Assembly: GCA_963798875.1 (NCBI GenBank)
Contig: CAWCUT010000002.1
Span: forward strand, 1-64,000
Direction of reading: 5' to 3'
DNA from: an uncultured Solirubrobacterales bacterium
GTDB lineage: Bacteria; Actinomycetota; Thermoleophilia; Solirubrobacterales; 70-9
DNA: 64,000 nucleotides
Part shown: positions 19,001 to 29,752 of the stretch, one piece after another
Numbering within the stretch: position 1 is the first letter of the stretch
How the letters are laid out: every line of letters begins with the position of its first letter
The notes under the pieces: model-generated
Databases searched by the model: none
Seen by the model: only the letters and a program-made list of their open reading frames with translations
What the model was told of the DNA's origin: nothing
Position numbers and translations under genes: made by a program

Positions 19001-20030
19001 CGCCGATCGGCGGTCACGAGATCGACTACAGCCGCGGCAGGCGCGCTCCGGCCGCGATCCCAGAGCGAGGCCGGCCGCTCGAGGGGCGCGGCGCCTGGCG
19101 CCGCTGCGCGCCCTTCCTCGGGGCGCGGTGGCGGCGCTGTTGCTGAGCGCGTTCGTTGGGCCCGCGGCGCTGAGCGGCGCACAGCTCGTGCGGGCGCTGG
19201 CGGCGGTCGTCGGCGGCACCGTTGTCTCCCTGCTCGTCCCCTGGCAGCGACTGCCGGCGGCGGCGCAGGCGCTGCCGCCACTGCTCTTCCTCGTCTTCGT
19301 GGCGCTCGTCCGCAACGCGGAGGGAACCCCGGTGACGACGTTCACGCCGATGCTGGCGCTGCCGGTGATCTGGTTCGCCCTGTACGGGACCCAGCTCGAG
19401 CTCGGGGCCGGGATCGCCGCAGCGGGACTCGTGATCGCGCTGCCGCCGGTGCTGGATCCGGACGGCACGCTGAGCCGGGAGCTGCCCGCGGCCGGCATCT
19501 GGCTCGTCGTGCTGCTCCTCGCCGGCTACGCGACCTCGGCGCTCGTCCGCGAGCGCGAGCGGCTGCTGGGAGAGGTCGCGAAGCTGGCCCGCACCGACCC
19601 GCTCACGGGCCTCGCCAACCGCCGCGGCTGGGGCGAGCTGCTGCGGCGCGAGATCGCACGGGGCGAGCGCAGCGGCGCCCCGCTCTCGGTGGCGCTCGTC
19701 GACATCGACCGGTTCAAGGACTTCAACGACCGCTACAGGCACGGCGGGGGACCGGCTGCTGAAGGAGGCGGCCTCGCGCTGGAGCGCCCACGTCCGCGAC
19801 GATCGATGTGATCGCGCGGCACGGGGGTGAGGAGTTCGCGGTGCTGCTGCCAGGCGCGGGAGGCAGCGACGCGGTGGCCGTCGTCGAACGCATGCGGGCT
19901 GTCGCCCCCCGGGCATCACCTTCTCCGCCGGCATCGCAGAGTGGCGGCCGGGCGAGAGCCCTGACGCGCTGCTCGGGCGCGCGGACGCGGCCATGTATAG
20001 GGCCAAGCGCGAGGGCCGCGACGCTGTCCG
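18983..20030 (+). pseudogene. GGDEF diguanylate cyclase, copy B, with at least 3 frameshifts.
   Basis: ATG at 18983 (where copy A has ATC). TM region, then RTDPLTGLANRRGWGELLRRE...VALVDIDRFKDFNDRY, then a frameshift, then IARHGGEEFAVLLPG, then a frameshift, then GITFSAGIAEW...AMYRAKREGRD. About 70-85% aa identity to copy A. Confidence 0.6.
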
Positions 20031-20036
20031 GCTCGC

Positions 20037-20763
20037 TCAGCGCTCCGCGACGAGCAGCGTCTGACAGGCGCGGCCGAGCGGGCCGCGCTCGTCGAGCAGC
20101 AGCGTGTCCGCCATGCCCTGCCCGTTCGGCTCGGGGATCGTGAGCGCGTCGAGGCAGACCCACTCCCCCGCCGGCAGCCGGTGCAGGTGGACGGTCAGAT
20201 CGACGTTGATGAACAGGTAGCGCTGGAAGTCGAGCGTCGAGCTGATTCCGTTGCCGGAGTCGGCGGCGACCATCACGCGCTGCAGCGGCGTCGGGCTCCT
20301 CCCCGGCGACGAGCGGGTGGCGCATGCGCATCCAGCAGACGGCGGCGCCGGTCTCGAGGAAGCCGCCGCGCACGAACCGGTACTCCATCGCCGAGTGGTA
20401 GCCGACGTCCTCGCCGGTCGGAAAGAAGACCTCGCTGGCCTCGAGCTCGCCGGGGGCGGCGGCGGGCCCTGCTCGCCGCTCGGCCGCCCGGCGCGGGCGG
20501 GCGCCGAGCCCGGCCCATCGGCGCTCGCCAGCCCGTCGGGGATCGCCGGCGCCGATGCGGCCAGGCGCCAGGCCCGGGCCCGGATCAGCTCGCCGCCGCT
20601 CGCCGCTCGCCTCGCTCAGCGTCGCCTCGAGCAGCTCGACGCGGCGGCCGGCGCGAACCGTCGCCACGTCGACCCGCAGCTCGGCGATCGGCACCGGGCG
20701 CAGGATCTCGAACGTGATCCGGCCGACCGAGCGATCGCCGGGGCCGGCGCCGATCCCCGGCAT
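20037..20763 (-). pseudogene. Thioesterase-family (TesB/4HBT-like) protein, copy B. Full length but frameshifted.
   Basis: N-terminal GRITFEILRPVPIAELRVDVATVRAGRRVELLEA. C-terminal EYRFVRGGFLETGAAVCWMRMRHP...DFQRYLFINVDLTVHLHRLPAGEWVCLDA.... Pieces lie in at least 2 frames. Confidence 0.55.
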
Positions 20764-21099
20764 GCTGCTCGAGCGCGCGGGCGAGCAGGGCCGCGGGCGG
20801 GCCGGCGTGCTGGCTGGCGGCGTCCCAGGGGCCGCGGGTGAGCTCGGTCGAGCGAAAGGTCCGCCGCCCCCCGGCTCAGCGGCCGAGGGGCTCGAAGAAG
20901 CTCGAGGGCGAGCCGCTCAAGCGCGGGTCCGGGGATCGTGGACCATCCACGGGCGGCAGGCTACCCTCGGCACCCTGGCCGGGCTTGCAGCTCGCGAATC
21001 GCGTACCGTGCATGGGTCTCCTCAGGAGCGGCACGTTCAGGGGCCGGTAAGCGCCAGGACCTAGATTCCTGCTGAGATCCACGTCCCACAGGAGGAACC

Positions 21100-21518
21100 A
21101 TGGAAAAGGTTCAGAAGACGAGACCGCGAATGGCGCGAGCAGCTCTCCGATGAGGCAGTTCGAGGTGACCCGCAAGGCCGGGACCGAGCGCGCCTTCACC
21201 GGCCGCTACTGGGACGAGCAGGCCGACGGGACCTACCGTTGCGTGTGCTGCGGCCAGGAGCTGTTCGACTCCGAGACGAAGTTCGACTCCGGCACCGGCT
21301 GGCCGAGCTTCTACGAGCCGGCCGCCGACGCGCGGTCGAGACGAAGTCCGACAACAGCCTCTTCATGCGCCGCACCGAGGTGCTCTGCAGCCGCTGCGAC
21401 GCCCACCTCGGGCCACGTCTTCGAGGACGGCCCGGAGCCGACCGGGCAGCGCTTCTGCATCAACTCAGCCGCGCTCTCGCTGGATCAGCCGAGCGACGAG
21501 CCGGCACCAGACTCCTAA
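21100..21518 (+). CDS. msrB: Peptide-methionine (R)-S-oxide reductase MsrB, with about 4 apparent frameshifts.
   Basis: RBS AGGAGGA then ATG. Fragments [77 protein letters not shown] and [21 protein letters not shown] are distributed over three frames. Confidence 0.7.
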
Positions 21519-21721
21519 GACCAGGAGAGGGTTCGCAGCGACGGCGTGGGAACGGCACGCCGTCGCTCGGTCCTGCGCGGACGGCGGCGCGAGGGCCCGC
21601 TGCTCGGCGTCCTCGTCGGCTCACGTGCTGGCGCACGCTTCGCCTCCTGCGTCCTTGATCAGCGAGCCCTCGCACTCGCCGCCGGTATCCCTCTTTGGAT
21701 TTCTCCGGTTAGGCTCATCTC

Positions 21722-22214
21722 GTGGAGATCTTCGGGCTCGACGCCTGGCTCGTCTGGTTTCTGATCGGCATGGGGCTGCTGATCGTCGAGGTGGCGATCG
21801 CGTTCACGTTCTACGCGGCGCCGATCGCGCTCGGCGCGTTCGGGGCGGCGATCGTCGCGGCGCTCGGCGGCGGGATCGAGCTGCAGCTCGTCGCCTTCAT
21901 CATCGGCTCGCTGCTCTCGCTCGCCTTCCTGCGGCCGCTCGTCGCGCCAGCACCTGCAGCCGCCCGACGCGGAGAAGGCCTCGAACGTGCAGAGCCTGAT
22001 CGGGCGCCGGGCGGTGGCGCTGCAACGGGTCGACGTCGACTCAGGCACGGTCCGGCTCGGCGACGACGTCTGGTCGGCGCGGACACCGATCCGAGGATCT
22101 CGTGATCGAGGAGGGCGCGCGCGTCGAGGTCGTCGACATCCGCGGCGTCTACGCCTACGTAGAGCCGATGCCCATGCAACCGTCCGAGCCGGCCGCGGCC
22201 GGCGGGGAGGAGTG
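21722..22214 (+). CDS. NfeD-like membrane protein (partner of the SPFH protein), frameshifted.
   Basis: N-terminal TM helices (MEIFGLDAWLVWFLIGMGLLIVEVAIAF...). C-terminal OB-fold-like (GRRAVALQRVDVDSGTVRLGDDVWSART...VEVVDIRGVYAYVEP). At least 2 frame changes. Confidence 0.55.
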
Positions 22215-22219
22215 AACAG

Positions 22220-23200
22220 ATGACCCCGTTCCCGCAACCGTGCCGCTCGCGGCCGTCAACGGCGGTCGCGATCGCGCTCGCCGCGCTCGCGATCTTCGTG
22301 CTCGATCACGCTCGCCGCCGCCGTCAAGATCGTGCCGCAGGCGCGCGCCGGGGTGGTCGAGCGGCTCGGCCGCTACCAGCGCACGCTGCAGCCGGGCCTG
22401 GCCCTGCTGATCCCGTTCGTCGACCGCGTGCTGCCGCAGATCGATCTGCGCGAGCAGGTCGTCACCTTCCCGCCTCAGGCCGTGATCACCGAGGACAACG
22501 TCAACGTCAACATCGACACCGTCGTCTACTACACGATCATCGACCCGAAGGCCGTGACTTACGAGGTCGCCCAGCCGATCCGCGCGATCGAGCAGCTGAC
22601 GATCACGACGCTGCGCAACGTGATCGGCTCGCTCGACCTCGAGGAGGCGCTGACCAGCCGCGACTCGATCAACGCACCAGCTGCGCACGGTGCTGGACGA
22701 GGCGACCGGCAAGTGGGGAATCCGCGTCAACCGGATCGAGCTCAAGGCGATCGACCCGCCGCCGACGATCCAGGAGGCGATGGAGAAGCAGATGCGGGCC
22801 GAGCGCGACAAGCGCGCCGCGATCCTCAACGCCAGGGCGCGAAGGAGTCCTCGATCCTCGTCGCCGACGGCGAGAAGCAGTCGGCCGTGCTGCGCGCAGA
22901 GGGCGCCAAGGAGGCGGCGATCCTCGACGCCCAGGGCGACCGCGAGGCGCAGGCGCTGCGGGCGGAGGGCGAGGCGATGGGCATCAAGACCGTCTTCGAC
23001 AGCCTGCACAAGGGCGAGGTCGACGAGGGCATCCTCACCTACCTCTACCTGGAGATGCTGCCCCAGCTCGCCGCCGGGCGAGGCGAACAAGCTGTTCCTG
23101 ATCCCGCAGGAGATCACCGAGGCGCTGGGCACGGCTCGGCAAGAGTCGATCGGCGACGCGCTGCCGAAGCCGCCCAAGCGCGCGCGAGGCCGCCGGCTCG
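22220..23200 (+). CDS. SPFH/band-7 (stomatin/HflC-like) protein with at least 4 apparent frameshifts.
   Basis: Segments [35 protein letters not shown]...[50 protein letters not shown] and [31 protein letters not shown]... lie in alternating frames. The 3' end is approximate. Confidence 0.6.
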
Positions 23201-23279
23201 GACATCGACGAGGCGAGCCGTCGCCGCGCGCGCGGCATCGACTCCTCAGACCGTCGAGCCGCCGCCGCGACTGTCGACC

Positions 23280-24600
23280 TCCGCATGTGCGGGAAACGGC
23301 ACGCTAGGCGCGACGAGCCGCCGAGCTCGGCGGGGCGCCGCGCTCGACGAGGACCGTGCGGGACGGCGACCGAGCCGTCGGCGCGCTGGTGGTTCTCGAT
23401 GATCGCGATCAGCGTGCGGCCGACGGCGACGGCCGTGCCGTTCAGCGTGTTGACGGGCTCCGGCGAGGCGCCCTCCGCCGCGCGGAAGCGGCAGTTGAGG
23501 CGGCGCGCCTGGTAGTCGGTCGTGTTCGAGGTCGAGGTCAGCTCGCGGTAGCGCTCCTGGCTCGGGATCCACGCCTCGCAGTCGAACTTGCGGGCGGCGG
23601 GCGCGCCGAGGTCACCGACGGCGATGTCGACGACGCGGTAGGGGATCTCGAGCGCCCGCAGGATCTGCTCCTCGATCGCGAGCAGGCGCTGGTGCTCGGC
23701 CTCGGCCTCCTCGGGCCGGACGAAGCTGAACATCTCGACCTTGTCGAACTGGTGCACGCGGAAGATCCCGCGCGTGTCCTTGCCGGCGGCGCCGGCCTCG
23801 CGGCGGAAGCAGGTCGAGATGCCGGCGTAGCGGATCGGCGAGCGTCGGCGCCGTCGAGGATCTCGTCGGCGTGCAGGGCGGCGAGCGAGACCTCGGAGGT
23901 GCCGACGAGGAAGAGCTCGTCCTTGGGGACCTCGTAGATCATCTCGCGCTCGCCCGGGAAGAAGCCGGTCCCGTACAGCGGCGTCCTCGCGGACGAGGAC
24001 CGGCGGCACGACCGGGTACGAAGCCCTGCGCGCTCGGTCACCTCGACGGCGAAGCGGATCAGCGCCAGCTCGACGAGGACGAGGTCGCCCGATCAGGTAG
24101 GCGAAGCGCGAGCCGGAGGCCTCCGCCGCCTTCTCGGTCTCGATCAGGCCGAGCGCCCGGCCGATCTCGAGGTGGTCGCGGACCTCGAAGTCGAACGCGG
24201 GCCGCTCGCCGACCTCGCGCAGCACGACCGCGTCCTCGTCGGTGTCGCCGTCGGGCGCGTCGGGATGCGGGCGGGTTGGGAAGCGTCGCCGCGAGCCGGT
24301 CGCGCTCGGACTCGACCTCCGCGAGCTCGCCCTCGAGCTCCTTGATCCGCGCCGAGACCTCGCGCATCGCCGCGATCGCCTCGTCCGCGTCGCGGCCCTC
24401 GCGCTTGGCGAGGCCGATCGCGTCGGAGGCCTCGTTGCGCTCGGCCCGCAGCCCCTCGACCTCGGGCAAGCAGCTCACGGCGGCGGGCGTCGAGGCGGAG
24501 CAGCTCGTCGAGGTCGGCGTCGGCGCCGATCCGGGCGAGGGCGGCGCGTGCCGGCGCGGGGTCGTCGCGGATCCGCTTCAGGTCGAGCAGGGTCGCCCCC
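23280..24600 (-). CDS. serS: Seryl-tRNA synthetase, with at least 4 apparent frameshifts. Boundaries are approximate.
   Basis: N-terminal coiled coil ([21 protein letters not shown]...[19 protein letters not shown]). Class II core ([83 protein letters not shown]). Pieces are in several frames and no clean ATG start is found. Confidence 0.65.
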
Positions 24601-24605
24601 GCCGC

Positions 24606-25068
24606 TCAACCGTTGGAGTCGTAGTTCGCCGTCGGGGCGTTGCCGGGCTTGGAGTCCTCCTGCTGCTGCAGGGACTCGTCCTGGTTCGGCGACGGCCGCG
24701 GCGGAATCGACCGCCTGCGTGCCGGAGTAGTCGGCGATGAACTTGGCGACCCGCTTCGCGTCCTCGCCGACGACGATGTTCTGGGGCATGATCGAGCCGG
24801 AGATGCCGCCGTTCTCGATCGCGTACAGCGCGTGCGCGTAGTCGACCTTGCGCTGGTCGAGGTTCGGGCCCTGCTGGCGCAGCGTCCTGTTGCCCGAGCC
24901 CTGCGTGCCGGCGGCGTCCAGCGTGTGGCAGCCGCCGCAGCGCTGGGAGAAGATCGTGGCGGCCGCATAATCGGGGTCATTGGCGGCCACGCTGACGCCT
25001 TCGCTGCCGCAGGCAGCGACGCCGAGGGCGCAGAGCGCGAGTGCGATCAGTACGTAAAGGGGCCGCAC
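24606..25068 (-). CDS. Class I c-type cytochrome lipoprotein; C-terminal frameshift.
   Basis: Lipobox LGVAACGS. Heme-binding CGGCH. Met ligand region GSIMPQN. The tail continues in another frame (…ADYSGTQAVDSAAAVAEP then …QQEDSKPGNAPTANYDSNG). Confidence 0.6.
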
Positions 25069-25098
25069 GCGGGCGGCATCATACTTCGGACGCCCCCG

Positions 25099-25599
25099 AT
25101 GTCCGCCGCAGACCCGACCACCCCCGAGATCGACCCCGGCGAGCTCCGCGCCGCCATGTCGCGCTTCCCGACCGGAGTCACCGTCGTCACGGCGCCGACG
25201 GCCGACGGCCCGGCCGGGCTGGCTGCCAACGCCGTCACCTCGCTTTCACTCGAGCCGCCGCTGATGCTCGCCTGCCTCGACCGCGGCTCGCGCACGCTGC
25301 GCGCCGTCGAGGCGGCAGGCCGCTTCGGCGTCAACGTCCTCGGCGCCGAGGGCGAGGAGCTCGCCCGGGCCTTCGGCCGCAAGATCCCGATGGCGGAGAA
25401 GTGGGAAGGCGTCGGCCACTCCGACAGAGACGGCCTGCCGCGCCTCGACGCCGCGATCGTCTTCATCGCCTGCACGATGCGCGACGTGCTCGCCGGCGGC
25501 GACCACGTGATCGTCACCGGCGCGGTCGACTCGATCGCCGAGCGCGACGGTAGTCCGCTGCTGTTCGTCGACGGCGCCTACAGGCCCGCTTCCGGCTGA
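25099..25599 (+). CDS. Flavin reductase (FMN-binding split-barrel, HpaC-like).
   Basis: FPTGVTVVT...GLAANAVTSLSLEPPLMLACL...GDHVIVTGAV pattern. ATG at 25099 is the first sensible start inside the longer track ORF. Confidence 0.7.
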   Translation: MSAADPTTPEIDPGELRAAMSRFPTGVTVVTAPTADGPAGLAANAVTSLSLEPPLMLACLDRGSRTLRAVEAAGRFGVNVLGAEGEELARAFGRKIPMAEKWEGVGHSDRDGLPRLDAAIVFIACTMRDVLAGGDHVIVTGAVDSIAERDGSPLLFVDGAYRPASG

Positions 25600-26063
25600 C
25601 CGGCCCCTGGCTCGCGCAGGTCCGTGCGGCTGAAGGCCCGGGTCGCGCCTTCGTCGACGCTGCCCGGCAACCCGACGCGCAGCCGCGTGGCTCCGATCAG
25701 CAGCTCGTCGCCGTCATCCAGGCGGCGCCGGCCGGCGATGCGCTCGCCGTTCAGGAACGTTCCATTGCGCGAGGTGCCGTCGTCGACCACCGTCCAGTCG
25801 TCGCCGACCGGCTCCAGGCGGGCATGCAGGCGCGAGGCGCCCTCGTCCCAGTGCAGCGAGATGTCCATCCAGGAGCCGCGCCCGATCGTCACCGAGCCGC
25901 TCTCGGGCAGCTCGTAGATGCGCTGCTGGCTGCGCATGTCCCGGAAGAGGACGTAGGGCCGGGCACGGGCTTCCGCGTCGAGGCGCGACACCCGCTCCGT
26001 TGGCGAGGCGGCCGCGAAACCGTCCTCGTCCGCACCGTCTTGCTCGCTGCCCATCGGCAACAC
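25578..26063 (-). CDS. FHA-domain protein.
   Basis: FHA signature TIGRGS...ISLHWDEGASRLHARLEP...WTVVDDGTSRNGTFLNGERI. Confidence 0.7.
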   Translation of the reverse strand: MLPMGSEQDGADEDGFAAASPTERVSRLDAEARARPYVLFRDMRSQQRIYELPESGSVTIGRGSWMDISLHWDEGASRLHARLEPVGDDWTVVDDGTSRNGTFLNGERIAGRRRLDDGDELLIGATRLRVGLPGSVDEGATRAFSRTDLREPGAGQPEAGL

Positions 26064-26123
26064 CTCCTCTCGAACGAGAGTAGCGCCGCGGCGGCAATGG
26101 TCAAGCCGCGAGAGGAGCTACAT

Positions 26124-26603
26124 CTAGAGCTGGACGGCGGCCGCCCGCAGGGCGAGGCCGAGGATGACGAGCGCGCCGACGGCCATGATCCCGGTCTCGC
26201 GGCGGACGATCGCGGCGGCGACGGCCTGCTGGCGCCCGCGCGGCAGCGACTCGAAGTCGAGGCCCTCGAGCTCGTGCTCGTTGGCTTGCCAGCGGGCGCC
26301 CTCGGCGAGCAGCGAGACGAGCACCGGCAGGACGCCGTACAGGTAGTGCAGGTTGGCGGCCTCGTGGCCGAGCAGGAGCAGGATCGCGCCGATCGCGACC
26401 TGGACGACGACGGCGACCTGGGCGAAGCGCAGCAGGTACCAGAAGGCGACCGAAGGCCGGCGCGTGTACCAGCAGAAGCCGCCCCACGCCCCGGCGAGCA
26501 GGTTGGAGGCGATCACCGTGATGCCGCAGATGACGTGGACCGTGACCACGCGGCGGAACTGTAGTGAGGGACGCTCAGCGAACCGGATACAGTGGGCCTG
26601 CAA
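26124..26603 (-). CDS. Hypothetical membrane protein.
   Basis: Hydrophobic 159-aa ORF with several predicted TM helices. It overlaps the nuoA upstream region and the start is uncertain, so confidence is low. Confidence 0.3.
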   Translation of the reverse strand: MQAHCIRFAERPSLQFRRVVTVHVICGITVIASNLLAGAWGGFCWYTRRPSVAFWYLLRFAQVAVVVQVAIGAILLLLGHEAANLHYLYGVLPVLVSLLAEGARWQANEHELEGLDFESLPRGRQQAVAAAIVRRETGIMAVGALVILGLALRAAAVQL

Positions 26604-26631
26604 GCCCGCAGGAAGGATCGGCCGGCAGCAA

Positions 26632-26991
26632 ATGCTCCAGAGCTATCTCCCAGTGATCGTCTTCGCCGGCCTCGGCATCGCCGTCGGCGGCGCCTTCACG
26701 GCGCTCAACAAGGTCCTCGGACCGTCGAAGCCGAACGCGGTCAAGTCCGAGGCCTACGAGTGCGGGCTGCCCTCCGACATCCAGCGGACGTTCCGCTTCG
26801 GAATCAGCTTCTACATGATCGCGATGCTGTTCATCCTCTTCGACATCGAGGTCGTCTTCCTGTATCCGGTGGGCGTGATCCTGAACGGCGCCTCGAGCGT
26901 CTTCGTGCTCGTCGAGGTGCTCGTCTTCGCCGCGCTGCTGCTCGTCGCGCTCGCCTACGTCTGGCGCCGGGGGGCCCTCAACTGGAGGTAG
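26632..26991 (+). CDS. nuoA: NADH-quinone oxidoreductase subunit A.
   Basis: [31 protein letters not shown]...AYECG...[10 protein letters not shown]. Internal ATG of the track ORF 26353-26991. Confidence 0.85.
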   Translation: MLQSYLPVIVFAGLGIAVGGAFTALNKVLGPSKPNAVKSEAYECGLPSDIQRTFRFGISFYMIAMLFILFDIEVVFLYPVGVILNGASSVFVLVEVLVFAALLLVALAYVWRRGALNWR

Positions 26992-27077
26992 AGCGGCACA
27001 AGCTGCGCGGCCTGCAGCCGCTCGACCAGCCCCGCAGCCCCGAGGAGCTGCGGATCCGGCAGCTCCGCGCGCGCGAC

Positions 27078-27923
27078 ATGCAGCGTGGCGATCTCGACGG
27101 TCCCGACCTCGAGGAGTACGTCGAGCAGCGGCTGCTGACGACGACGATGGACAAGGCCATCGCCTGGGCGCGCGGCAATGCGATGTGGCCGGCGACGTTC
27201 GGCCTCGCCTGCTGCGCGATCGAGATGATGTCGATGGTCTCGGCCCGCTACGACACCGCCCGCTACGGCGCCGAGGTCTTCCGCGCCTCGCCGCGGCAGG
27301 CCGACATGCTGATCCTCTCGGGCCGGGTCTCGATCAAGATGGTCCCGGTCATCCGCCGCATCTACGACCAGATGCTGGAGCCGAAGTGGGTGCTCTCCAT
27401 GGGGGCCTGCTCTTCCTCCGGCGGGATGTTCGCCAACTACGCGGTCGTCCAGGGCGCCGACAAGTTCCTGCCGGTCGACATCCACATCCCCGGCTGCCCG
27501 CCGCGGCCGGAGGCGCTGATGTACGGGATCCTGAAGCTGCGCGACAAGGTCCTCGGCGACCCGGACCTCGGCTGGCGCGACCAGTACGCGGCCCACGGGA
27601 CCGAGGAGGACGAGCGCCCCTGGCAGGCGGGCGCGATTCGGAGTCGAGCGGGCCGGCGCGGCCCCCTCCGACGGCCGGCTCGTCGGCAAGGCCGACGCCG
27701 GCCGCGCCGAGAAGCTGATCGCCGACGCGGAGCTGATCAAGCTCGCCCAGGAGCCGGTCTCCGAGTCGGAGATGGTCCGCGACGCGGCCTCCCGCGCGCG
27801 GGGCACCGCCGACGGCGAGGAGAGCTCGATGCCGGGCACGCGCGCCGACAGCGGCGAGGCGGAGAGCCGCAGGCGGGCGACGGGAGACTGGGACGATGCC
27901 TGACGCACCCGGCCTCGAGCTGA
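27078..27923 (+). CDS. nuoB: NADH-quinone oxidoreductase subunit B with a long low-complexity C-terminal tail, possibly frameshifted.
   Basis: [51 protein letters not shown]...[10 protein letters not shown]...CPPRPEAL. The core ends around 27600. The remaining 300 nt read as Arg/Gly junk in-frame but as plausible protein in another frame. Confidence 0.75.
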   Translation: MQRGDLDGPDLEEYVEQRLLTTTMDKAIAWARGNAMWPATFGLACCAIEMMSMVSARYDTARYGAEVFRASPRQADMLILSGRVSIKMVPVIRRIYDQMLEPKWVLSMGACSSSGGMFANYAVVQGADKFLPVDIHIPGCPPRPEALMYGILKLRDKVLGDPDLGWRDQYAAHGTEEDERPWQAGAIRSRAGRRGPLRRPARRQGRRRPRREADRRRGADQARPGAGLRVGDGPRRGLPRAGHRRRRGELDAGHARRQRRGGEPQAGDGRLGRCLTHPASS

Positions 27924-28426
27924 TCGCGCACGAGATCAACACGCGCCACGACGGCGCCGTGATCGGGACCAGCTACGACCGGGCCCAGCCGGTGCTGCTG
28001 ACGACGCCGGAGCACATCCGCGAGGTCCTCCGCTGGCTCAGGGAGGCGCCGGGGCAGGAGTACGGGTTCCTCGCCTCGTTGCACGCCGCCGATTACCTGC
28101 CGGCCGAGCCCCGCTTCGCGGTCCACTACGAGCTGCTCAACATGAACCGCGTGGAGCGGCTCTCGGTCAAGTGCCTGATCGCCGAGCCCGCGGACGGCGC
28201 GCTGCCGCAGTCGCACACGGTCGTCGACATCTTCCCGACGGCCTACTTCCAGGAGCGCGAGGCCTACGACTTCTTCGGCATCGTCTTCGAGGGCCATCCC
28301 GATATGCGCCGGATCCTCTTGCCCGAGGACTACGTCGGCTGGCCGCAGCGCCGCGACTTCCCGGTCGGCGGCGATCCCGTGATCTTCACGAACACCGAGA
28401 ACGAGGTCCCGGGCTGGACCCGGTAG
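27896..28426 (+). CDS. nuoC: NADH-quinone oxidoreductase subunit C.
   Basis: 176-aa ORF with ...[30 protein letters not shown]...[27 protein letters not shown].... Confidence 0.85.
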   Translation: MPDAPGLELIAHEINTRHDGAVIGTSYDRAQPVLLTTPEHIREVLRWLREAPGQEYGFLASLHAADYLPAEPRFAVHYELLNMNRVERLSVKCLIAEPADGALPQSHTVVDIFPTAYFQEREAYDFFGIVFEGHPDMRRILLPEDYVGWPQRRDFPVGGDPVIFTNTENEVPGWTR

Positions 28427-28507
28427 GCGGCAGGACGATGGCGACACCGACACGACCAACCGGCCCCGACGAGAAGCTACGCGGACACCACGCGCACGGT
28501 CGAGGAG

Positions 28508-29752
28508 ATGGGCCGCGACGCGGTCGGCCGCACCGAAGCGCAGGTAATCGGCACCTCGCCGATCGAGCACACCGCGATCGAGCGCGAGGAGGAGCTCTTC
28601 ACGGTCAACATGGGGCCGCACCACCCCGCGACGCACGGCGTCCTGCGGCTGCTCGTCTCGCTCGAGGGCGAGGTCGTCCGCGACCTCAAGCCGGTGATGG
28701 GCTACGTCCACACCGGGATCGAGAAGTCCTGCGAGGAGAAGTCGTACTGGAAGGTGATCCCGTTCGTGGAGCGGATGGACTACCTCTCCTACTACTTCAA
28801 CGCGGAGGCCTTCTGCGGCGCCGTCGAGAAGCTGCTCGAGCTCGAGATCCCGCCCCGCGCCAAGTGGCTGCGGACGCTGCACATGGAGCTCAACCGGATC
28901 AGCTCGCACCTCGTCGGGCTCGGTACGACGGCGCTCGACCTCGGCGCGATGTCGATGTTCTGGTACTGCTTCCGCGAGCGCGACAAGATCCTCGACCTGA
29001 TGGAGATGTCGTCGGGGCAGCGCATGCACACGCGCTACTTCCAGGTCGGCGGCGTGATCGAGGACATCCCGCTCGGCTTCGAGGAGAAGGTGCTCGCCTT
29101 CTGCGACGACATGCCGAACCGCGTCGACCAGTACGCGGCGCTGCTGCAGAACAACGAGATCTTCCTGCAGCGGACCAAGGACGTCGGCGTCGTCTCCGCC
29201 GAGCGCCTGCTCGACCTCGGCGTCACCGGGCCGCTGCTGCGCGCCGCGGGCGTGCCCTGGGATCTGCGCAAGGTCGATCCCTACCTCGCCTACGGCGAAG
29301 TCGACTTCGACGTCCCCGTCGGCACCGTCGGCGACAACTGGGATCGCTTCATCGTCCGGACCGAGGAGATGCGGCAGTCGACGCGGATCATCCGCCAGTG
29401 CGTCGAGAAACTGCCCGAGGGTCCGTGGATCGCCGACGATCGCAAGATCGTGCTGCCGCCGCGGCACGAGCTCGGCACCTCGATGGAAGCCCTGATCCAC
29501 CACTTCAAGCTCGTCACCGAGGGCTTCCGCGTGCCGCCCGGCGAGGTCTACAACCCGATCGAGTCGCCGCGCGGCGAGCTCGGCTGCTTCGTCGTCGCCG
29601 ACGGCTCCGCGAAGCCGGCCCGCGTGCACATGCGCGAGCCCAGCTTCGTCAACCTGCAGTCGCTGCGCGACATGTGCATCGACGAGTACGTCGCCGACAT
29701 GATCGCCAACCTCGCCTTCCTCGACCCGATCCTCGGAGGCATCGACCGGTGA
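28508..29752 (+). CDS. nuoD: NADH-quinone oxidoreductase subunit D.
   Basis: VNMGPHHPATHGVLRL...SSMEALIHHFKLVTEGFRVPPGEVY...SPRGELG. The N-terminus may be truncated by a frameshift: an upstream out-of-frame ATG at 28438 gives a more typical length. Confidence 0.85.
   Translation: MGRDAVGRTEAQVIGTSPIEHTAIEREEELFTVNMGPHHPATHGVLRLLVSLEGEVVRDLKPVMGYVHTGIEKSCEEKSYWKVIPFVERMDYLSYYFNAEAFCGAVEKLLELEIPPRAKWLRTLHMELNRISSHLVGLGTTALDLGAMSMFWYCFRERDKILDLMEMSSGQRMHTRYFQVGGVIEDIPLGFEEKVLAFCDDMPNRVDQYAALLQNNEIFLQRTKDVGVVSAERLLDLGVTGPLLRAAGVPWDLRKVDPYLAYGEVDFDVPVGTVGDNWDRFIVRTEEMRQSTRIIRQCVEKLPEGPWIADDRKIVLPPRHELGTSMEALIHHFKLVTEGFRVPPGEVYNPIESPRGELGCFVVADGSAKPARVHMREPSFVNLQSLRDMCIDEYVADMIANLAFLDPILGGIDR

Noticed and set aside
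18268-19281. 337-aa minus-strand ORF across duplicated copy B.
   Set aside because: Antisense to the ATP-grasp/GGDEF remnants. Ala/Arg/Pro low-complexity.
26592-27923. 443-aa ORF as one protein spanning nuoA and nuoB.
   Set aside because: The frame overlaps nuoA out of frame for its first 400 nt. The conserved NuoB sequence starts at the ATG at 27078.
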